Source of the DNA: a virus
Taxonomy: Duplodnaviria; Caudoviricetes
Virus record (IMG/VR): IMGVR_UViG_3300020409_000051
Span: 1-32,160 of that record
Reading direction: 5' to 3' (one strand)
DNA length: 32,160 bases
The position numbers and the translations under genes were made by a program. Every line of letters begins with the position of its first letter. Positions within the stretch are counted from its first letter, which is position 1. Below the pieces are notes generated by a model, which saw only the letters and a list, made by a program, of their open reading frames with translations, had not been told where the DNA came from and ran no database searches. Positions 1-7,775 of the stretch are shown here, piece by piece.

Positions 1-321
1 AGTAGCAGCAAAAGTTATAGAGTTGGTGCTAGTCTTTCTAATCGGTGTAATGTCATTAAAAGCGTTGTTGTTTTCTACTAAATAATATTTTAAATGCGTA
101 CCCACGCCTAAGTACTTGACCCCAGCTAACGACACAAAATTATGCAAAGCTCTAGCTGTGCCTTGATAGGTAGAGGTTAAAAGTTTTTGCCAACCGCCAA
201 ATTTTTCCGGTCGACCCATACGAAAACGAATTAAATTGCAATCAAACCAACCTAGCTCATTATCATAAGAGGTTCCTTCGCGATTTATTCCGGGTCGAAA
301 AGTTATTTTTCTTAGTGCCAT
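1..321 (-). CDS. tail/virion structural protein (tail tube/nozzle-like), N-terminal part; runs off the left edge
   Basis: Manual translation from ATG at 321: MALRKITFRPGINREGTSYDNELGWFDCNLIRFRMGRPEKFGGWQKL..., a conserved N-terminus of a large tail protein in marine podoviruses. Not in the ORF track because it has no stop in the window. Confidence 0.75.
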   Translation of the reverse strand, partial: MALRKITFRPGINREGTSYDNELGWFDCNLIRFRMGRPEKFGGWQKLLTSTYQGTARALHNFVSLAGVKYLGVGTHLKYYLVENNNAFNDITPIRKTSTNSITFAAT

Positions 322-347
322 TTTTTCATTTTACACGAAAAAATAAA

Positions 348-557
348 TTAGAAGAGAGTGATTTTTAACATAAACCCAGTAATTGTCAGCATGATTGTGC
401 CAAAAAATACCAAGCCTCCTCTAATGCTTTTATTGATTGATTTTACTTCGGTTTCAATTGTTTCTAGTCGACGCCAATTTTCACGCCATCTAACTTCGCA
501 AGCTGCCTCATGTGCGGATAATCTTTTATCTATTTCTGCGACAGTTGCTCTAGCCAT
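348..557 (-). CDS. small coiled-coil protein with C-terminal transmembrane helix (XhlA/holin-like)
   Basis: 69 aa; heptad-like N-half (RLSAHEAACEVRW...LETIETEV) and hydrophobic C-terminus GLVFFGTIMLTITGFML. Function inferred. Confidence 0.6.
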   Translation of the reverse strand: MARATVAEIDKRLSAHEAACEVRWRENWRRLETIETEVKSINKSIRGGLVFFGTIMLTITGFMLKITLF

Positions 558-558
558 T

Positions 559-678
559 TTATTTGTTAAACCAACTTAAAATATTTTTCTTTATGTTTTC
601 AAATTTACTTGGAGCAAGGTATTTAAGAGCAAAACCAGCGCCAACAATAAGAATTATTAGTGTTAGTAGTTCCGTCAT
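559..678 (-). CDS. 39-aa single-pass membrane protein
   Basis: Manual: MTELLTLIILIVGAGFALKYLAPSKFENIKKNILSWFNK*. ATGA overlap with the stop of 675..914; fills the gap exactly. Confidence 0.7.
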   Translation of the reverse strand: MTELLTLIILIVGAGFALKYLAPSKFENIKKNILSWFNK

Positions 679-914
679 TTTACACCTCTGCCTTTTAAAA
701 TATCAGCGTAGGTAACTTTACCGTCGCCAGTTAAATCTGGAAAACCTTTGCTTTTACCACCGCCTTCTAGTTTTTGAATGTCCTCTACAAGGCCACCTTT
801 TTTATAGGCAACTTTGCCGCCTTTCATCATCTTAACAATGCCGCCTTTTTCCATTCTAGCAATAGCGCCCATGTCTTCGTCGCCCATGCTCATTTTTCTT
901 TTACGATGTTTCAT
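675..914 (-). CDS. small basic virion-associated protein with xxKGG repeats and a DxxGDG loop
   Basis: 79 aa; MEKGG, MMKGG, YKKGG, LEGGG repeats; C-terminal FPDLTGDGKVTYADILKGRG; SD-like GAGG upstream. Confidence 0.7.
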   Translation of the reverse strand: MKHRKRKMSMGDEDMGAIARMEKGGIVKMMKGGKVAYKKGGLVEDIQKLEGGGKSKGFPDLTGDGKVTYADILKGRGVK

Positions 915-922
915 ATTTACCT

Positions 923-1234
923 CTACTTAATAGTAATTAAAGGATTCCCTGTGTCATCCTGTTTCTTTTCAATTCTTATAACTTGATTAGATAAAATATC
1001 TAGTTCATTACGTAAGGTTTTTATTTCGCCACGTAACACTATAATATCTTGCGTTAAAGAATTGTCCGTATTATCTAAAGCTTTTAACTGACTAGCATAG
1101 GAAACTCCGGATTTTTTTTCTACTGCTTCTAGTCTAGCCACATAGCCTGCACCAGTATAACCAAATCCAGCAATGGTACTGATTAAAGCAGCTACTGCAA
1201 TTACTTGTCCTAGTTTTCCTTTAAGCCATTCCAT
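923..1234 (-). CDS. membrane-anchored coiled-coil protein
   Basis: 103 aa; N-terminal hydrophobic helix VIAVAALISTIAGFGYTGA followed by heptad repeats; starts 1 nt after the upstream stop. Confidence 0.7.
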   Translation of the reverse strand: MEWLKGKLGQVIAVAALISTIAGFGYTGAGYVARLEAVEKKSGVSYASQLKALDNTDNSLTQDIIVLRGEIKTLRNELDILSNQVIRIEKKQDDTGNPLITIK

Positions 1235-1235
1235 G

Positions 1236-3041
1236 TTATAGATTCGGTTGTAATTTAATTATTTTATCAAGTTTTTGGTAATTTATACCAGATAATTCTT
1301 TAAAAGCTAGAACATTATCTGCTATTAATTTATCGGTATAGATTAGTTTTGTTGCATACCAATCAGGTTTTATTGGTAAAACAGTATTAGTATAGACATC
1401 AAAACCAGGCACAAAATTAATGTAAGCAATAATTTTTTGCTCGTCTCCATATTCATCAGTAGTGGCACGTTCTTCAATAACTTGTTCTGCTTGGTCTTCT
1501 AAATTTTGAGCGATAATATTATCAGCGATTGTATCTGCTTCTGATTTATCTACTTCTTGTGCATTGTCTACGGCTGCTTGTTCTGTGTTGTTTACAGCTA
1601 CATTAACTGTAGTTGTTGCAACTGCTTCAGATCCTAGCTCAGTAATGTTCTGCATACCCCCACCGTTAGTGCTCATACTCATATCAAAACTATTGCTGCT
1701 AGTAGCATGCACCTCAGTGCCTGCAGTAGTGCCACTAACACTGTTAGCTGCAGCACTAACTGTTTGTGCTACTACATCTAATTGAGTTTGGGTAATACCA
1801 GACTTTTCATCTATTTTACCTACTGTTACAGCTTCTACCTCTATCTCTATCACTTCTTCTATTTCAGGTTCTTCTAGTTCTGCTACTAGTTCTTCAACTT
1901 CTTCCTCGTATTCAGGCTCAAAATACTCTTCTATCTCTTCTAGTTCTATTATTTCTTCAGGAAAAAACTCTTCTTCTAGTCGCATACTTAGTTCAAAAGG
2001 TTCTTCAAAAGGAGTCAAAGTTATTAGTTCAATTGGTAGTTCATATATATCTGGCAGTGGGTCCAAATATATTTCTTCTTCACGAAATGGGCGGTCTACA
2101 AAAATAGGTTCAAAAAATACTGGTTCTTCATACAAAAAAATTTCTGGTTCTTCAACAAAAGTACCCATAGCTATCAGGTCTTGTTCGTCAACAAAACCAT
2201 AATCAAATTCTTCTTCTATAACAAAGTAACCAATGTCTTGTTCAAATCTATAGCCTGGACAAAAAGGTGCATACTGTGGGTCTAAGTCACATTGTTGGTC
2301 ATCAAAAGCTTCCCAATAGCCAGGGCAAGTAGGATCGTTAAGTGGGTTAGAACAGTCAATACCATTACCTGAACTAACTCCATATAAACTTCCACCGTTT
2401 TCTAACGCGGAGTTCATAGCAGAGTTATTCCATGTTTGACTTACACAAAAAGAGCTATTAGTTGTGCCTTTGCCACATTGATCGTGATAATAATAAGTGT
2501 AAAGTTCGTTTGTGTTTCCTTGTTCACCAATCAACACATCATGATTAATTATATTTAAACCACCATATCTAAATTCAAAACTGTCATCTGACTTCCATAA
2601 AATAACTTCAAAAGAATTATCGGTATTACCTCTGTTATATTCTCGTAAGTCGTACCAACCAAATACACTTTTGTCAGTAAAATTTTTAGCTAATACTTTT
2701 GAACCATTATCTCGTATTAAATCAGTCCAGAAAGGATATAAACTATATGTAATCTCAGGTAATGGATCAGGTGTGTAATCATTGCAGTAACCTCCTGAAG
2801 ATCCAAAATGCAAACAACCGTTAGTGGCCATTCTTGCAGTGGTAAAATCTACGCCATAAAAAGTAAAAGTAAAATCTAAATTAAAAACAGAAGATACTCG
2901 GTCGTCTCCTACACCTAAATTATGAGAGGTAGCTATATCATTTGTTTTTAAATCAAATAATGGTTGATTGTTTTCATAGATATAATTAGCAAAAGAAAAA
3001 TTACTAATTAAAAGACTAAGAATTATTAAATTCTTTTTCAC
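1236..3041 (-). CDS. exported protein with NIDO-like domain, Cys motifs and Glu-rich linker
   Basis: 601 aa; signal peptide MKKNLIILSLLISNFSFA; NIDO-like motifs GDDRVS..FNLDFTFTFYG..ATNG.LHF, YPFWTDL, NSFEVIL..FEFRYG; two C-x8-CPGY repeats; very acidic central segment. Confidence 0.7.
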   Translation of the reverse strand: MKKNLIILSLLISNFSFANYIYENNQPLFDLKTNDIATSHNLGVGDDRVSSVFNLDFTFTFYGVDFTTARMATNGCLHFGSSGGYCNDYTPDPLPEITYSLYPFWTDLIRDNGSKVLAKNFTDKSVFGWYDLREYNRGNTDNSFEVILWKSDDSFEFRYGGLNIINHDVLIGEQGNTNELYTYYYHDQCGKGTTNSSFCVSQTWNNSAMNSALENGGSLYGVSSGNGIDCSNPLNDPTCPGYWEAFDDQQCDLDPQYAPFCPGYRFEQDIGYFVIEEEFDYGFVDEQDLIAMGTFVEEPEIFLYEEPVFFEPIFVDRPFREEEIYLDPLPDIYELPIELITLTPFEEPFELSMRLEEEFFPEEIIELEEIEEYFEPEYEEEVEELVAELEEPEIEEVIEIEVEAVTVGKIDEKSGITQTQLDVVAQTVSAAANSVSGTTAGTEVHATSSNSFDMSMSTNGGGMQNITELGSEAVATTTVNVAVNNTEQAAVDNAQEVDKSEADTIADNIIAQNLEDQAEQVIEERATTDEYGDEQKIIAYINFVPGFDVYTNTVLPIKPDWYATKLIYTDKLIADNVLAFKELSGINYQKLDKIIKLQPNL

Positions 3042-3876
3042 ACGTACGTCTACTTTTCTTTATGCCTTTAGCTGTTTTAGTTTTACTACAGCTGGCTATA
3101 TATTTTGCTTTGCGTTCTAAATAATCAGGTCGATCTGTTTTATTAACAACCCAAGCAACCGAGGCTTCTTCACCTATTTTGCCTAGGTAAGGACAAGGTG
3201 TGCCTGCCATTTCCATAGCTTTAAATACTCTAGAGTCTTGACAAAGTATTGCTACTGAAGCTACCTTCATACCAGTGTCATACAAATATTTTGATAATTT
3301 TAATCTTTCACAATTTTCGTCTCGAACGGCTTTACCACCTGATAAACCAAAAAGTTGACCTTGAAACGCCCCTGACACACCAGTGGTACAAAGATCTTGT
3401 GAGTAGGACATGATGCTAGGTGCAATAGCAGAAGCAGGTGGTGAGTTAATATCTTGTTCTATTTTTTGCGTAGAAGTAGATGTATTGTTATTCGTATTTA
3501 CCGCAGTATTGTTATTGGTGTTTACATTTTGATTATTGGTGCTAACGGTACTAGTGCTGGTGCTTGTATTAGTGTTGGTAGAATTATTGGTATTGGTATT
3601 TGTTACAGTTTGAGTAGCAGTAGAATTAACATTACTAGTGCTAGTACTAACATTAGTATTTGAATTGGTGTTGGTATTAGTGTTAGTAGAGACATTCGTA
3701 TTATTATTCGTGTTCGTATTATTATTTGTATTGGTGTTTGTCGTAGTAGTAGTATTAACAGTATTTAAACTATTACCTTCACAATATTGTGACCCCATAG
3801 TGCAATCGCCTGTTTGAGCAGCGTGCATAGGTATGGACAATAACAAAGCTAGGCTTAACCAAACTAATTTTTTCAT
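3016..3876 (-). CDS. exported Cys-rich protein with Asn/Thr low-complexity region
   Basis: 286 aa; signal peptide MKKLVWLSLALLLSIPMHA; ~100 aa of TN repeats; C-domain SPPASAIAPS..DLCTTGVSGA..DENCERLKLS..LCQD..AGTPCP. Confidence 0.75.
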   Translation of the reverse strand: MKKLVWLSLALLLSIPMHAAQTGDCTMGSQYCEGNSLNTVNTTTTTNTNTNNNTNTNNNTNVSTNTNTNTNSNTNVSTSTSNVNSTATQTVTNTNTNNSTNTNTSTSTSTVSTNNQNVNTNNNTAVNTNNNTSTSTQKIEQDINSPPASAIAPSIMSYSQDLCTTGVSGAFQGQLFGLSGGKAVRDENCERLKLSKYLYDTGMKVASVAILCQDSRVFKAMEMAGTPCPYLGKIGEEASVAWVVNKTDRPDYLERKAKYIASCSKTKTAKGIKKSRRTCEKEFNNS

Positions 3877-3894
3877 TTAAAAAGTATACTACGA

Positions 3895-5115
3895 CTACGC
3901 AGTTCTTTTCCACATATATACGACTATATACGGTTGCACGTTGTTGTGAGCAGAACCACTGCCTGTTGAACCGGTAGTATGACTTAGTGCTCCACCAGTA
4001 TTGTTTTCTATACCAGCAAAAAAAGTAGCATTAATATTAGCCCCACCAGGTCCGCTTTCAGTATAGCTTATGCTGTGAGTGTGACTAGGTAATTGACTTG
4101 TTGATAAACTTACAGTTTTTGCACCGCCTGTTTCTTCAGCAGTATCAAAATCTGTATCAGATGAATCTATACCGACAGGAACTCTACCTGCTCCAAAAGC
4201 TACCCATGTACCGAAACCTAATAAAGTGCCAGGATTGGTGCTATTTGTCGCATTAATATAAATTGAACCGACTGGATAAACCGCAGCCAATGTAGTTTTT
4301 GTATCTATTTGAGTCTGTATTGCAGAGGTAACGCCATCTAAATGTTGAAACTCTGCACTGCTAACGCTACCATCAGCAATTTTAGCAGCATCGATTGCAG
4401 CTCCAGAAGCGACACTAGCATTAACCACTGCATCTGAGGCAAGTTGATCTGCACCCACTGCATCATCTGCAATCATAGCTTGTTCGACTGCATCGTTAGC
4501 AATAGTTATTGCTCCATTACTAGCTATAGTTGCATCGCCAGATAAAGCCACTGGGTTATAATTGGTGCCATCAGCTACCAATAAATGACCCGCAGTATTA
4601 GTCGCTAAAGTAATATCATCACCGCTAACGGTTAGATCTCCACCAACTGTTAAGTCACTGGACACTTTAAAGCTACCAGCAACATTTAAATCTGTAAATA
4701 AATCATAAACTGCTGCACCAGATCCTGCGCCATCAGTAGCGACAACTTTTACTTCGCCATTTGGTATTTGTACATTAGCACCACTACCTTGAGAAATATT
4801 AATTGCTTGACTACCAGTAGTAGCATTTTCAATAATCCAAACTTTAGATACTGTATTTGGAGCTAGGGTTAAAGTTCTAGTAGCGCTTAGCGTGGCTGAA
4901 GAGGTTACTTTTAAATATAGTTTTCTTATTTCATCAGTAGCACCATCAGCCATGGTTTCAGTTGCATCAGCATCTGAACTAAAACAATCTTTAGTGCCAC
5001 GGGCAAATCCTTCCGCAATTAATTCTAAATTACGATTTGTAGAAGATCCCCAGGTTCCTGATTCATCACCTGTGCTAATTTCTTTTAACCTTAAATCGTT
5101 AACGTAAGTTGCCAT
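3895..5115 (-). CDS. tail fibre/spike with C-terminal T4 gp10-C-like (baseplate/collar) domain
   Basis: N-terminal GDESGTWG..TN.NL anchor; IADDAV-type repeats; C-terminal YPVGSIYI..GFGTW..GAGRVPVG..ETGG..HTH..HNNVQPYIVVYMWKRTA. Confidence 0.8.
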   Translation of the reverse strand: MATYVNDLRLKEISTGDESGTWGSSTNRNLELIAEGFARGTKDCFSSDADATETMADGATDEIRKLYLKVTSSATLSATRTLTLAPNTVSKVWIIENATTGSQAINISQGSGANVQIPNGEVKVVATDGAGSGAAVYDLFTDLNVAGSFKVSSDLTVGGDLTVSGDDITLATNTAGHLLVADGTNYNPVALSGDATIASNGAITIANDAVEQAMIADDAVGADQLASDAVVNASVASGAAIDAAKIADGSVSSAEFQHLDGVTSAIQTQIDTKTTLAAVYPVGSIYINATNSTNPGTLLGFGTWVAFGAGRVPVGIDSSDTDFDTAEETGGAKTVSLSTSQLPSHTHSISYTESGPGGANINATFFAGIENNTGGALSHTTGSTGSGSAHNNVQPYIVVYMWKRTA

Positions 5116-5125
5116 GTTCTTTCCT

Positions 5126-5893
5126 CTATGCTACATCTTCCCAATCTGGTGTTTGTGTTTCAGTTATACTAGACCAGCTTGGAGTTTGTGTTTCAGTAAT
5201 ATTACTATAATTTGGTGTCTGTGTGCTATCAAACTCGAACCAAATTATTAAATTTTCACTGACTGAACCAGTAGCAACAACTCCTATTGGTGTAATATTT
5301 GCTGTTGAAGTAACGGTAAGACTACCAACAGATCCTATAGAAGATTGTCCCGTGATTTGGACTGTCATTCCCAGAGCAATAGATATTGTACCTAATGTAC
5401 TTGTGCCAGCTAGCCCTGATGTGCTTACATTTGCTTTTGCTACTAAAGTTACAGATCCTACAGATCCAGTAATTGATACACCAGATATGCTTATATTTGC
5501 TTTTGCTACTGTAGTAGCTGTTCCAAGAGCACTCGTACCTGCTAAACCAGACAAAGTAATTACGGCATTATGATGAACTGTTACAGACCCTACATTACCT
5601 GTAGCACTTAATCCTGCTACTGGAACATTTGCCTCTCCATCTACATCTACTGTAACCCCACCTACCGTTGCAACAGCAGTTGGTAAGACTGCTACAGCAT
5701 CTCCATTTACACCAACTCCTGATACGGAACCTGTTGCTGATTGTCCTGTTGGAACTACATTAGCTTTAGCTACAATAGAAACAGTGCCTAAACCAGAAGT
5801 CGAGCTAACACCACTAAGAGTTACTGTTACTGGAACCCCAGTAACACCTAAATCTGAAAAAGGAGCTTCAGAAAATGCAACTAAACCTAACAT
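5126..5893 (-). CDS. repetitive G/S/T/V-rich tail structural protein
   Basis: 255 aa; N-terminal FSEAPFS motif, ~23-aa repeats (G.S.T..LGTV..VAKANV), C-terminal TETQTP.W repeats; lies in the tail module. Confidence 0.7.
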   Translation of the reverse strand: MLGLVAFSEAPFSDLGVTGVPVTVTLSGVSSTSGLGTVSIVAKANVVPTGQSATGSVSGVGVNGDAVAVLPTAVATVGGVTVDVDGEANVPVAGLSATGNVGSVTVHHNAVITLSGLAGTSALGTATTVAKANISISGVSITGSVGSVTLVAKANVSTSGLAGTSTLGTISIALGMTVQITGQSSIGSVGSLTVTSTANITPIGVVATGSVSENLIIWFEFDSTQTPNYSNITETQTPSWSSITETQTPDWEDVA

Positions 5894-5918
5894 ATTATTT
5901 TAATATTATTTTTATTGA

Positions 5919-6050
5919 TTATAGCTTATCGTTATGTTTTGTTTTTTCACTATAAAAAATTTTTTTAAAATTTTTTCTATATTCTTTTTCTAGTTTAATT
6001 TTTTCGTTAAACTTTTTATTAATTTTTTTTGTATCTAAATCTGTTATCAC
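5919..6050 (-). CDS. putative 43-aa Lys-rich protein
   Basis: Manual: GTG start overlapping the TGA of 6047..7090; (M)ITDLDTKKINKKFNEKIKLEKEYRKNFKKIFYSEKTKHNDKL*. An open frame in very AT-rich DNA. Confidence 0.45.
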   Translation of the reverse strand: MITDLDTKKINKKFNEKIKLEKEYRKNFKKIFYSEKTKHNDKL

Positions 6051-7090
6051 ACTAACCAATTTTCCGCATTTTGAGCTACTTTTATATATCCTTTAACTTG
6101 TTTTATTTCTAAAGTATTTTTGTCATAAACTAAACCATAAGTCCAAATGTATTCTTTTTCTTTTTCTTCTGGAAGTGGAAAATCTAAATTATTTTCTTCA
6201 CAATACTTTTTCATTATTGAAGGTGTTGTAGTAAAAAAAATATCGTACTCGTCTGCTTCAGTCCCATCTGGTTTATAAATTTTTGCAAAATAAGAGCGTA
6301 CATTAACTGGTATTTTAGGTCTAGGTATAAATGTATCAGGATGTTCTTGATAGTTACTTGTTCTTTCAGTGTCTCCAATAACTAATTTAAGGTATCTTTC
6401 ACTTAACTCAAGATCATATTTTAAACCAACCCAAAACGCATATAGATAAGAATAATCTGGAACTTTATATTCTGTTAATAATTCTTGAAACCAAGCTTTG
6501 TTATAATACATGTGATAAACAGTAACTGTTTTTTGAGACTTATATGGTGGTCTAATTGTATGATTATCTACATATTCACCAATAATATTGTACTCGTTAC
6601 TAAAAAAATTATGTTCGTTTGGGAATTTTTCAGTTATTTTTGCAATTAAATTATCTATTTTATCTTTTTCATCTCCAACACACCCAACAGAATAATCTTT
6701 TTTAATTTTTTCTTTATTAACGTATACGTCATCCCACATAGCAGAATTTATTGGAACTATTCTAATCGTGTCCCACCATTCATCAGGAACATCAACATCT
6801 TTCACAGCAGTTCGGAAAATTTTAGATAAAGCTTTATCATAATTATCTGCTGCCCAAGAATCTTGAAGATACTCTATATCATCAGATTCTACATAACTAT
6901 TATCTCCCTCTTTTATTATAAGATTTTTGCTATCATTTTTATTAAATTCCCAATAGTAAAGTTCCTCTGTTACTGGATGTTCAGATTTAAGAGTTAGTCT
7001 ATTAAAAGAAACATTATTTTCATCTATGTCTGGTTTAATTCCAGGTAGACTACTTTCTGTAGATTGTATTTCTAGTTTAATTTGACTCAT
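6047..7090 (-). CDS. hypothetical protein (tail-module accessory)
   Basis: 347-aa ORF coupled to 7092..7775; aromatic- and charge-rich; no recognised family. Confidence 0.7.
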   Translation of the reverse strand: MSQIKLEIQSTESSLPGIKPDIDENNVSFNRLTLKSEHPVTEELYYWEFNKNDSKNLIIKEGDNSYVESDDIEYLQDSWAADNYDKALSKIFRTAVKDVDVPDEWWDTIRIVPINSAMWDDVYVNKEKIKKDYSVGCVGDEKDKIDNLIAKITEKFPNEHNFFSNEYNIIGEYVDNHTIRPPYKSQKTVTVYHMYYNKAWFQELLTEYKVPDYSYLYAFWVGLKYDLELSERYLKLVIGDTERTSNYQEHPDTFIPRPKIPVNVRSYFAKIYKPDGTEADEYDIFFTTTPSIMKKYCEENNLDFPLPEEKEKEYIWTYGLVYDKNTLEIKQVKGYIKVAQNAENWLV

Positions 7091-7091
7091 A

Positions 7092-7775
7092 TTAAGCTTG
7101 TTTAAAAGTAACTGTTACAGTGCTGCCTGAAGCAGGAAATGGTGGCCAAGCAGTAGAGGTACTATCTGGTGGAACTCCAGATACACTCCATTCCCAACGA
7201 CTTAAACCTGTTGCTGTGGTATAAGTAGCATCTGACCTATTAAAAGTAGAACTACCTACTACCACTTGTTTAAAGGATGAGTCAGAATTAGCAACATTTG
7301 CTGTAGCTGTTCCAACTAGAAAGGTATAAGGATTTGAAATTACTGCTAAAGCAGTATTATTAGTAAAAGTAACTCCAGTAGCAAGTACTCTTGTAACAGC
7401 ATTTCCACCAAAATAATTAGTAAAAGTTGTAGTGGATAGACTTCCATAGCTTGTATTACCACCGTCCTGACCAGAAAGAGGACCGGCATCAAAACCTCTG
7501 CTGCTTGTTCTGTGAGATCCTACATAATCTACGGTAGTTGTGACAGAAGTATGACCAGTAGTCAAAGTTGTAGAAACATCTGCTGGTATACTTGAAGCGC
7601 CATAAAAATCGTCAAAATCTACAGTTGTTCCTTGAGTGCTATTAATAGTTTTTCCAGCAGCAGCAGTCAATCCTCTTATATCAGTATCGTTTAAAGAACA
7701 AGTAGTGCCAGTAGAACCGCCAGCTTCAACATGGATAGCGTCTAAAGTTAATGCTCCGCTTGTAGGTAATGCCAT
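7092..7775 (-). CDS. tail-fibre tip/adhesin-like protein
   Basis: N-terminus MALPTSGALTLDAIHVEAGG..SLND..IR.L..DDFYG typical of proteins encoded right after S74-domain fibres; S/T/G-rich C-domain; TAATG coupling. Confidence 0.65.
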   Translation of the reverse strand: MALPTSGALTLDAIHVEAGGSTGTTCSLNDTDIRGLTAAAGKTINSTQGTTVDFDDFYGASSIPADVSTTLTTGHTSVTTTVDYVGSHRTSSRGFDAGPLSGQDGGNTSYGSLSTTTFTNYFGGNAVTRVLATGVTFTNNTALAVISNPYTFLVGTATANVANSDSSFKQVVVGSSTFNRSDATYTTATGLSRWEWSVSGVPPDSTSTAWPPFPASGSTVTVTFKQA

